64,000 nt of DNA, from NCBI GenBank assembly GCA_040904565.1, contig JBBDTI010000075.1:183659-247658 (forward strand), written 5' to 3'. The notes beneath the pieces are model-generated. The model saw only the letters and a list, made by a program, of their open reading frames with translations, did no database searches and was not told the DNA's origin. Position 1 is the first letter of the stretch; every line of letters starts with the position of its first letter. The DNA is from Rhodothermales bacterium (GTDB lineage Bacteria > Bacteroidota > Rhodothermia > Rhodothermales > VXPQ01). The position numbers and the translations under genes are program-made. This document shows, one piece after another, positions 52,401 to 59,868 of the stretch.

Positions 52401-52964
52401 AAGGATCGGCGTGTTTTCGTCCGTCAGCATCGCCTGCACGTTCACACCGTCCGCGATCTCACCGGACACCTGCATGCGCAAGCCCGACTCTACGGTGACG
52501 TCGCGTCGATTACCGGCCAGGATGCCTCGCGTAATGGAACCGCTGTGTTGGAGTCCCGTCGGTGCGGCGAGAAGCGGACGCTGCGCGTCCGTCCCGTCCG
52601 ACGACTCCGGGAGTTCCCCCACTGCGTCTACATCGGCCGGCTCGTGTCGTCGGTATACGTCCTGAAGCCGAAAGGGCAGCGTACGGTATTCGACGACGAG
52701 CGTCTCCAGCGTGTCTGCCTCGTCGATCCAGAGCCGGGCATAGCGGTAGTCGATCCGGTACCGGGACGTGTCGAGCTGCGCCCCGTCGGCCAGTACCCGC
52801 TCGGATCCCGGCAGCACGATCGGTCGGAGCTGAAACGGCTGGTCTCCCGATGCGATCAGGGTGTCTCGATGGACGCCTCCTCCCGGCGTCGACGCCTCCT
52901 GCGCACCCGCCGGAACGGCCCCGAGCGCGACGAGACATATAAAGAAAGCGGACCGACCGATCAT
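49461..52964 (-). CDS. Large uncharacterised outer-membrane beta-barrel protein (1167 aa)
   Basis: Signal peptide ending AGAQ; long run of amphipathic strands; C-terminal VQLSALF; two PGSE-V--DG..Y-IDY modules. Confidence 0.75.
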   Translation of the reverse strand: MIGRSAFFICLVALGAVPAGAQEASTPGGGVHRDTLIASGDQPFQLRPIVLPGSERVLADGAQLDTSRYRIDYRYARLWIDEADTLETLVVEYRTLPFRLQDVYRRHEPADVDAVGELPESSDGTDAQRPLLAAPTGLQHSGSITRGILAGNRRDVTVESGLRMQVSGEIADGVNVQAMLTDENTPILPEGTTQRIEEFDRVFIGIDAPYGSAQLGDFDLSFQDSEFARFSRKLQGGSARAPLPPTGGFAGGEVTLAGATSRGTFREQVIEAIDGVQGPYRLEGTGGEQFVLVVPGSETVYVDGQALTRGESNDYTIDYATAELHFTPNVIVTDDLRIQVEFEYATSQFTRSLVGTDAGATFWPSSEGARARVGVSFIREADGSEFSEAFGFSRLDSLAIVRAGDGVASSDGAQRVEFNPEAPYVQYRREVHPGGDTIFVALDRAPSEGEAVYRVQFSRVGEGEGSYERVGRSVNGILYEYRGPGQGSYLPVRTLSKPKRQQLLDLRGSVRPVERVELFGEWARSVHDENRLSPLDAVDDLGDAFVGGVRLHPSTIGPGRVSGEYRRRFVAGSFASFNRIRPVEFERRWNLPVRPAGVATALSADETIDEGSVRLDFLERSNLQAEVGRITMGSVFEGLRRTGTVRVDEEGLPVVEYRLEAIKSSDSSAAETGRWVRQLGSVSYSVLGGRFTPRLEIEHENRRQEAAGADSLVRPSFRFVEVRPGLAWDGGDLEVGGYVERRTEDDWIDGSIRPASTSWTGRSTVRYRPFPQLDVDGSVGFRSRRFEERFRIEQNRKDVQSLLLRFNGGFRPLQRAVRINLLYEGMTERTPTLQEIYVRTGPEIGQYVWEDANDDGIVQIDELLPERLPNEGTYVKTFIPSDTLTSVVNVQSRLRLELDPRRWWPSPDTRWQRWLSEVSTRTVLEVREKSRDPNVTRVYLLDLRRFRDPVHTMNGRVRVAQDVFLFRGRPDYGLDVSFSRLRSLSELAAGSEERFVNTWRAEGTARPGGPWGLRAVAALEQDRLFSATFESRRYDISGVRLEPEASYAVSDRVQLVSSIAYGWKRDGVGQRRARLVKLPMELRYNVPRKLRATARFEVAEVDVQGTALGLARFELTDGRGPGRSYLWSLRGQYTVNEYLRATLSYDGRAPSDARVIHSMQVQLSALF

Positions 52965-53133
52965 CGTACGAGGGCACCGACGCCGTCACGAACGAGGGCT
53001 GGATTCGTTAGCGTACTCAAGAATCGTAACGGTCGTGAATGCGCGTCCTCGTCTTGGAGTTGCTGGCGGGGCTACCCGTCTGTACTCGGCTCACAGGTGT
53101 GAGTTTCGGGGTGGATGATGGGGCGCAGTGCGC

Positions 53134-54297
53134 TCACGGCCGGAGTGCCAGCCGGTACGCCCGGCGCGAACTCACCGCGTACAGCGTACCGTCGGGGCCC
53201 GCCGAAACATCGACCAGATCCTCCCCCACCTGAATCTCCATGCGCCCCTCGAACCGCCCGCGATCGTCGAAGACCATCAGTGCACGCGGGAGCAGCGCGT
53301 AGACGCGTCCGGCCGACAAAACACCCGGCGCCCTCCCGGTGGCGCGACCCGTCACGGCCACCGCCCGCACGTCCGAAAGCCGCCCCCCTCCGATCGTTCT
53401 CACGTACGTTCCGAAATGATCGTAAACGAGTACGGAACGTTCACCCACATCGGCCACGTAAAGCAGCGATTCCGGGCCCGCGGCAACGTCTACCGGGTCA
53501 ACGAGCGCGCCCGTCGGCGCATCCACGTCTCCGATGACGGCCGTCATGCGGCGATCCGCGTTCCACTTCAACACGACCCTTCGCTCCGCATCGAGGACGA
53601 AGAGTTCACCGGCGTTCGATGTCGCCACGGCGATCGGTGTGCCCGTCGGAAAGGTGTTTGCCGCGTCGTCCTGCCGCCGGTACGTGACGCCGCCTGCCGA
53701 ATCCTGGCCTCCTCCGCCCAGCGAGATCGCCCCGAGATAGGCAAAGGCCCTCGAGAAGATCTGCACCCGACGATTGCCCGCGTCCGCCACGTAGAGTACC
53801 AGTCCATTCGTCGGGTCGACGCCGGACGGATCGTCGAATTCCCCTCCGCGTGATCCGGTCCTGCCAATCGTCGCCGCAACGCTCCCATCGGCATCCATCT
53901 TCACAACCACGTCGCGTCCGGCATCCGCCACGTAGAGGGCGCCCAGCGGATCCACGGCAATGGCTCGGGCGGCACGAAACGGCTCGTGCGAGAGCGGTAC
54001 CGCTCGAACGGTGTCCGCCACCAGGCCCCCGGCATCCACCTGGGATACCTGACGCACGGCGACAAATGACTCGGAGCGAGCCGGATGCCCACCCAGGGTC
54101 AGGACGATTACGAGGGCCGCCTGAAGTGCCGTCCGAAGCGACACTGTATACGCTTCCCGATGCGCCCCATGAGGCGCCACATGGCGGGCTATATGACAGG
54201 CCACGCCTTCTACGCCTCCGGCACGACACGCTAAAGAGAAAGCGTGCGCGATGCCGGACGCGCTGGAATCCGTGATGCGATGGATGGCACGATACAT
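53134..54297 (-). CDS. NHL-repeat beta-propeller protein, probably exported
   Basis: Repeats AVDPLGALYVADAG, GEFDDPSGVD..LYVADAGNRRVQIF, LFVLDAE, PVDVAAG..LYVADVG; ATG overlaps the purD stop (TAATG); true start may be the GTG near 54143. Confidence 0.75.
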   Translation of the reverse strand: MYRAIHRITDSSASGIAHAFSLACRAGGVEGVACHIARHVAPHGAHREAYTVSLRTALQAALVIVLTLGGHPARSESFVAVRQVSQVDAGGLVADTVRAVPLSHEPFRAARAIAVDPLGALYVADAGRDVVVKMDADGSVAATIGRTGSRGGEFDDPSGVDPTNGLVLYVADAGNRRVQIFSRAFAYLGAISLGGGGQDSAGGVTYRRQDDAANTFPTGTPIAVATSNAGELFVLDAERRVVLKWNADRRMTAVIGDVDAPTGALVDPVDVAAGPESLLYVADVGERSVLVYDHFGTYVRTIGGGRLSDVRAVAVTGRATGRAPGVLSAGRVYALLPRALMVFDDRGRFEGRMEIQVGEDLVDVSAGPDGTLYAVSSRRAYRLALRP

Positions 54298-55577
54298 TAC
54301 GCGGTCAGTCCCTTTCGTCCGATGTCGCGCCGAAACTGCGCGTCGTGGAAGGAAATTTGATCGACCGCATCGTAGGCCCGGTCCAGTGCCTCCCGCAGGT
54401 CGTCTCCCAGGGCCGTGACCCCAAGTACTCTTCCGCCTGCCGTCACGACCCGACCGTCGTCGTCCGTCCCCGTGCCGGCGTGAAATACCGTCACGTATGG
54501 AGCGCGGGCGGCCTCATCGAGGCCGTCGATCGGATAGCCCGTCTCGTACGCCCCCGGATACCCGCCGGAGGCCATTACGACGCAGGCCGCCGAACCGGTC
54601 CGCATCGTCACGCCGAGCGCGTCGAGATCTCCGCGGGCGGCAGCATCGAACACGTCTACGGCGTCTTCCATCAGGAGCGGGAGCACGACCTGAGCTTCCG
54701 GATCTCCGAGCCGGCAGTTGTACTCGACCACCTTCGGTCCTTCGTCCGTAATCATCAGCCCGCAATAGAGAACGCCGCGATACGGGTGACCGTCGGCGGC
54801 CATGCCCTCGAGCGTCGGCTCGATGATCCGGCGCCGCACCTCGTCCATCACCTCGTCGGTTACGATCGGAGCAGGCGCATAGGCGCCCATCCCTCCCGTA
54901 TTGGGTCCCGTGTCTCCTTCGCCGATCTGCTTGTGATCCTGCGCAGGAGCAAGCAGCACGTAATTGCGTCCGTCGGCCAGGGCGAACACGCTCGCCTCCT
55001 CGCCCACCATGAACGACTCGACGACCACCTCTTCGCCGGCCGCACCGAATTCGCGGTCTCGAAGGATAGCCGTCAGCGCATCGAGTGCCTCGTCGACCGT
55101 TTCGCACACGATGGCTCCCTTCCCGGCGGCGAGACCGCTCGCCTTGACGACGATGGGCGCCCCCTGCTCCCGGATGTACGCAGCGGCATCATCGAACTGC
55201 GCGGCCTCGAACGTGCGATGCGCGGCCGTCGGTATCGCGTGGCGCTTCATGAAAGCCTTCGAGAACGCCTTCGATCCTTCGAGCCGGGCCGCTCCGGCCG
55301 TCGGACCGACGACGAGCAGCCCTTCGTCTTCAAACCGATCCGCAATACCGAGAACGAGAGGCTTCTCCGGACCGACGATGGTCAGGTCGATGCTACGGTC
55401 GATGGCAAACTGCACGAGTCCTTCTACGTCCGACGCCTCGATATCCACGTTCGTGCCCAGCTCTTCCGTACCGGCGTTGCCCGGCGCGACGAACAGCTCG
55501 ACGGACTTACGACTTTCGGCAAGACTCCAGGCGATGGCGTGTTCGCGTCCTCCACCTCCGACTATAAGAATTCGCAT
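54297..55577 (-). CDS. purD: Phosphoribosylamine-glycine ligase
   Basis: GGGGREHA, APGNAG, VGPEKPL, LEGSKAFSK, KASGLAAGKG, QDHK, GPNTGGMGAY, EYNCRLGDPE, TAGGRVL. Confidence 0.97.
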   Translation of the reverse strand: MRILIVGGGGREHAIAWSLAESRKSVELFVAPGNAGTEELGTNVDIEASDVEGLVQFAIDRSIDLTIVGPEKPLVLGIADRFEDEGLLVVGPTAGAARLEGSKAFSKAFMKRHAIPTAAHRTFEAAQFDDAAAYIREQGAPIVVKASGLAAGKGAIVCETVDEALDALTAILRDREFGAAGEEVVVESFMVGEEASVFALADGRNYVLLAPAQDHKQIGEGDTGPNTGGMGAYAPAPIVTDEVMDEVRRRIIEPTLEGMAADGHPYRGVLYCGLMITDEGPKVVEYNCRLGDPEAQVVLPLLMEDAVDVFDAAARGDLDALGVTMRTGSAACVVMASGGYPGAYETGYPIDGLDEAARAPYVTVFHAGTGTDDDGRVVTAGGRVLGVTALGDDLREALDRAYDAVDQISFHDAQFRRDIGRKGLTA

Positions 55578-55659
55578 GACGATCTAATTTCTCTAACTTG
55601 TGAACCGAACGTTCGTATGCATCAGGGATCGGATGCCGCCGATCTCTCATTAAGCTACG

Positions 55660-56964
55660 TTGATTCCCCTTGTCATGCCGTCACGTCGGATGCGTTTTGC
55701 GTGGTTTCAGTCCACCAACCACCCCAAATACTCCTTGGGCCGGCTCCTCGTTCAGGCCGTACTGATCCTGTCTGCCGCCGCAGCTACCACCGGTACGGCG
55801 TACGCACAAACCGACCGGCCCGATTCGGTAGCGTCGGAAGATGAACCGCCCGCTCTCGAGACGTCCTTCCGTGTGTACCCGACACCGCTCTGGACGCGAT
55901 CGACCGGATTTGCAGCCGGTATCCGCTACGCAGTCAGGAACATCGTCCTTCCGCACGATCGCGTTCTCGTAATCGCCAAACCCGGTCAGCACCTCGGACG
56001 TTATTCGGCCACCTATTTCGCGGGCGATCCGAACAGGCACGCCCTCTACGGTCTCGTAAGCGGATACTATGAAGATGGCGGACGGCGCTGGTATTTCGGC
56101 ATAGGCCCCTCCTCATCCGTAAACAACCGAATGGCCGTCGAGAAAACCAGGCTTGACGTGGAAGTTCGGCTCGGCTTGCAACCGTTTGACCGCCGCGCGT
56201 TCGTGCAGCCGGTGTGGTCCTACCAGCGCCACGACGTACGTGACTATGCCAGCTGGAATCAGGGTGCCTTCGTTCGCCTTGACGGTCCGTCGCAGGAGCG
56301 TCTCACCGCGGCCGTCACGGGTGCGCCGCTGGAGACCAACGTATACGGCCTGGATGCGGGGATCGACTTGCGCGAAGGACCGGGGCGCCGCCATCGCGGG
56401 GCCCTGCTTCAGGCCAGCGCGCGGCGCCACACGTTCCCCCAGTCGGGGAGGGATGCGTTCGACCGGTACGAGGTAGGCGCTCATCTGTGGATCGCGTTCG
56501 ATCAGCAACGGCTTTCGCTGCGCGCCCTGACGCGCCTGTCGGACGCACCGCTGACCGTACCGTTTTATCTTCTTCCCATCCTCGACGACAGATTGCTTCC
56601 GGGGTACGCGTGGTACCGTTTCGTCGGCAACGACCTCGTTGCCTTTACGCTGGAATATGCCGTTCCCATCTTTCAGTTTTTCGAGTACGCCGCAATGGAC
56701 GCCGTCCTATCTGCCGGCGCCGCAAGCGTCTACGATGACATCTCAGAGCAGTTCGAGTCGTCCATCTCCTTCGAGAAGACGGTAACGGCCGACCGCACCG
56801 CGTATCCGCTTCGACCGAGCGCAGCGATCGGCTTCGAGCTGGAATCCTTCACCGAGGACGGCTGGAGCACGCGCGTCCTGCTCGGCTGGAGTCCGGAAGG
56901 GATTCGCCTCGTTCGATTCGGCTTCGTGCACGATCTGCAATCCGTTCAACGAAACAGACGATGA
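55660..56964 (+). CDS. Omp85/BamA-TamA-like outer-membrane beta-barrel without obvious POTRA domains
   Basis: Signal peptide ending AYAQ; amphipathic strands; VPFYLLPIL and LPGYAWYRF resemble the Omp85 loop-6 (V)RG(Y/F) region; start uncertain (55660-55690). Confidence 0.6.
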   Translation: MIPLVMPSRRMRFAWFQSTNHPKYSLGRLLVQAVLILSAAAATTGTAYAQTDRPDSVASEDEPPALETSFRVYPTPLWTRSTGFAAGIRYAVRNIVLPHDRVLVIAKPGQHLGRYSATYFAGDPNRHALYGLVSGYYEDGGRRWYFGIGPSSSVNNRMAVEKTRLDVEVRLGLQPFDRRAFVQPVWSYQRHDVRDYASWNQGAFVRLDGPSQERLTAAVTGAPLETNVYGLDAGIDLREGPGRRHRGALLQASARRHTFPQSGRDAFDRYEVGAHLWIAFDQQRLSLRALTRLSDAPLTVPFYLLPILDDRLLPGYAWYRFVGNDLVAFTLEYAVPIFQFFEYAAMDAVLSAGAASVYDDISEQFESSISFEKTVTADRTAYPLRPSAAIGFELESFTEDGWSTRVLLGWSPEGIRLVRFGFVHDLQSVQRNRR

Positions 56965-57016
56965 CGGCAGTCCGCGGGATTCCCACACGAACCATGACAT
57001 TTGCACGCTCGTCGGC

Positions 57017-57673
57017 ATGAACGATCTCGTCACGCTCATAGGGACCCGCCTCCCGAGAACCGTCGCATCGTGGTTTCCTGACGTAACGTTCCGCGTGCCC
57101 ACGGAGGAACGGGTCGCGTACCTCACGTTCGACGACGGGCCCAACGACGGCCTCACGCAGCACCTCCTTTCCATTCTCGAACGCCATGACGCCCGAGCCA
57201 GCTTTTTTCTAGTGGGCTCCAACGTGCAGCGACACCCGGCACTCGTCCGCCGGCTCGTCGAGGAAGGGCACGCCGTGGGCAATCATACGTTTTCGCACGT
57301 GGACGCGTGGCGAACTCCGGCAGCCGAAGTTATTCGGGAGCTGGATCAGGCCACGGGCGTGCTCGAAGATGTCCTGGGTACGGCGGTACCCCGGTTGCGT
57401 CCACCCTACGGACGCTTCACACCGGCCATGCGCGATTGGTGCCGCCGCCGCGGCCAGATCATGACGATGTGGGACCTGGGAACGGGGGATTACCTGGAAC
57501 GGGTGAGCCGGTCTCACGTGGTACGGCACGTAGAATCCTTCATTCGTCCGGGTACCGTCATCGTCCTTCACGATAATACCTGCTGTGCGGACACCACGCC
57601 GGAGGCCGTGGACGCCATGCTGGCGGCGATGACGGCAGAGGGCTGGCGCTTCGAGCCGCTGCCCGACGGCTGA
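57017..57673 (+). CDS. Polysaccharide deacetylase (CE4/NodB)
   Basis: All CE4 motifs present: LTFDDGP, NHTFSH, RPPYG, WD-GTGDY, IVLHD. Confidence 0.92.
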   Translation: MNDLVTLIGTRLPRTVASWFPDVTFRVPTEERVAYLTFDDGPNDGLTQHLLSILERHDARASFFLVGSNVQRHPALVRRLVEEGHAVGNHTFSHVDAWRTPAAEVIRELDQATGVLEDVLGTAVPRLRPPYGRFTPAMRDWCRRRGQIMTMWDLGTGDYLERVSRSHVVRHVESFIRPGTVIVLHDNTCCADTTPEAVDAMLAAMTAEGWRFEPLPDG

Positions 57674-57706
57674 GACACGACAGTCGACGATGCCAACCTC
57701 GAACTC

Positions 57707-58804
57707 GTGACGCCCCTGCTTCCGATGGCCTCAATCGCCCTCTTCCTTGCCGCATCCTACGCCGTCCTCGCCGTCGTCCTCGCACGGCATGCCGACGCCC
57801 GCACGGCTCGTCCTCCGCGGTCGGACTTCACGCCCACGATCAGCGTCCTCGTCGCCGCGCGCAACGAAGCCGAGCGGCTGGGCGCGTGCCTTGAAGCGCT
57901 TCGGCAGCAATCCTATCCGCCGGACCACATCGAGATCATCGTCGCGGACGACCATTCGACAGACGGTACCGCCGATGTCGCACGCCGGCACGGCGTCCAC
58001 TGCGTACGCCTGCGTTCGGAGGAACCGACGGGGAAGGCGGCCGCGCTCCACGCCGCCTTCGAGATTTCCCGGGGCAGCGTACTGCTGGTAACGGACGCCG
58101 ACTGCCGGCCTCCTCGCGACTGGGCGCGTAACCTGACCGCCCAGTTCGACACTCCTCGTGCAGGCATCGTCTGCGGCGTTACATCCATCCGCGACGGCGG
58201 TTTACTGGCACGGCTCCAGGCATTCGATTGGGCCCTCCTTCTGACCGTCGCCGCCGGGCTCTCAGCCATTGGGAAGCCGCTCACGGCCATGGGCAACAAC
58301 ATGGCCATCCGCCGCGAGGCCTATCTCGCGGTGGGGGGATACCCGGCGCTTCCGGATTCCGTCACCGAGGATTATGCCCTCTTCCGAGCCGTGGCCCACC
58401 GGACATCATTCGACGTAGAGCTGCTTCTCGACGCCGCTCTGGAAAATCGGACCGAACCGCTTTCGCGTCTCCGCGACGTCGTCGCGCAGCGGCGACGATG
58501 GGCCCTAGGCGGACTCCGCAGCGGACCCGGCGGCTATCTCTTCTATCTGTTCGTCTGGTGCGTACACGCGGCCATCGTAGCCGGCCTAATTGCGGCTCCC
58601 CCTGCCGGCCTTCTCGCCCTCGGCATAAAGACGGCGGCAGACGCGCGGATTCTGTACGAAGCCGGACGCAACGTCCGGCTCAACCGTGCGTGGGCGGCCC
58701 TTCCGGCTTTCGAAGCCTACCTCTTCGCGTACGTGCTTTTGATGCCCCTGAGCCTGCTCGCGAGGCCGTCGACCTCGTGGCGGGGGCGGACATATACACG
58801 CTAG
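57707..58804 (+). CDS. Membrane-bound family 2 glycosyltransferase
   Basis: N-terminal TM; VAARNE, DDHSTDGT, GKAAAL, TDAD, TED, QRRRW; C-terminal TM helices and WRGR. Confidence 0.9.
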   Translation: MTPLLPMASIALFLAASYAVLAVVLARHADARTARPPRSDFTPTISVLVAARNEAERLGACLEALRQQSYPPDHIEIIVADDHSTDGTADVARRHGVHCVRLRSEEPTGKAAALHAAFEISRGSVLLVTDADCRPPRDWARNLTAQFDTPRAGIVCGVTSIRDGGLLARLQAFDWALLLTVAAGLSAIGKPLTAMGNNMAIRREAYLAVGGYPALPDSVTEDYALFRAVAHRTSFDVELLLDAALENRTEPLSRLRDVVAQRRRWALGGLRSGPGGYLFYLFVWCVHAAIVAGLIAAPPAGLLALGIKTAADARILYEAGRNVRLNRAWAALPAFEAYLFAYVLLMPLSLLARPSTSWRGRTYTR

Positions 58805-58835
58805 CCGTACTCACGCGAGGCGGTGCGCGTCTTCG

Positions 58836-59747
58836 CTACGGCTCTACGACCGGCCGATACCCCTTTCCGACGACGACCTGAAGGGCTCCAGGCAGCACCT
58901 CTATCTCGACCGGCTCGTTCGTGACGAGCTCGCCGTCCACGTTAAACCACATCCCGGGCTGCGATTGAACGCGCACGCGGCTCGCACGAAACGTATCTAC
59001 GAGGTCGGATTCGGCCAGATTCCCGGCGACGAGACGCGTCGCGACGTTGGCCAGCTCGGCGGCGGATCCGGTGCGAATGACGACGACGTCGAGCAGACCG
59101 TCCTCCGGGTTGGCGAAGGACGCGACACGCTTTCCACCCCCTACGGTTCGTCCGTTGGCCACGACGATGTTGAGCGCCGTCACCTGACGGGCCGTCTGGT
59201 CGTCGAGCGTGATATACGTATCGTAGTCACGCAGGTCCGGCAGCATGGACGCGGCGCCGATCAGATAGGCGAGCGGCCCCCAGACTGCCTTCATCTCCGG
59301 CGTCATCGCCTCGCCGATCTCGCCGCTGAATCCCCCGGATGCCGCATTGATACCGTATGCCTCGACGGCCGGAGACCGTACCCGAAACGCGTCCATCTGC
59401 CGACGCTCGCCCTCGGCAAAGAGGTCCAGAGCCGCTCCCGGATCGTCCATGGGTATGTCGAGCATCCGGGCGAAATCATTGCCGGTCCCGAAGGGTAGCA
59501 CGCCGAGCGTCGGACGATCGTCGCATCGCAGCAGCCCGTTCACCACCTCGTTGACCGTCCCGTCTCCGCCGCCGGCAACGACGACGTCGAACCCTTCCCC
59601 GGCCGCCTCGACGGCCATTTCGACGGCATCGCCCTCCCGTTCCGATATCCGACAGGTTACGCCGTCCCGATCGCCTACCATGCGAAGAAACGCATCGACG
59701 CGATCCGTCGACCCTGCGTTCTCGTTCACGATGGCACAAATGTTCAA
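58836..59747 (-). CDS. Diacylglycerol/lipid kinase family protein (YegS/DagK-like)
   Basis: IVNENAG, GGGDGTVNEVVNGL, LPFGTGNDFAR, NGRTVGGG, DGLLDV, NVDGE; TTG start. Confidence 0.9.
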   Translation of the reverse strand: MNICAIVNENAGSTDRVDAFLRMVGDRDGVTCRISEREGDAVEMAVEAAGEGFDVVVAGGGDGTVNEVVNGLLRCDDRPTLGVLPFGTGNDFARMLDIPMDDPGAALDLFAEGERRQMDAFRVRSPAVEAYGINAASGGFSGEIGEAMTPEMKAVWGPLAYLIGAASMLPDLRDYDTYITLDDQTARQVTALNIVVANGRTVGGGKRVASFANPEDGLLDVVVIRTGSAAELANVATRLVAGNLAESDLVDTFRASRVRVQSQPGMWFNVDGELVTNEPVEIEVLPGALQVVVGKGYRPVVEP

Positions 59748-59772
59748 AACAACCTCCGGAAGTGGATAACTC

Positions 59773-59868
59773 GATGCAGCATTCCCGGACGTCGGGATGC
59801 AGCATTCCAGTATGCCTGGACGCGGGATTCCCGGACTCCGGTACTTCTGAATGGACCAACCGGAATCC
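59773..59868. repeat. Short direct and inverted repeats between mutS and the lipid kinase
   Basis: GATGCAGCATTCC at 59773 and 59796; ATTCCCGGAC at 59781 and 59827; inverted GGATTCC/GGAATCC. Confidence 0.6.

Noticed and set aside
55606-55617. CCGAACGTTCG palindrome upstream of purD as a LexA box or PurBox
   Set aside because: Lacks the 4-nt spacer of the Gram-positive SOS box, only partly matches the PurBox, and is absent upstream of purM
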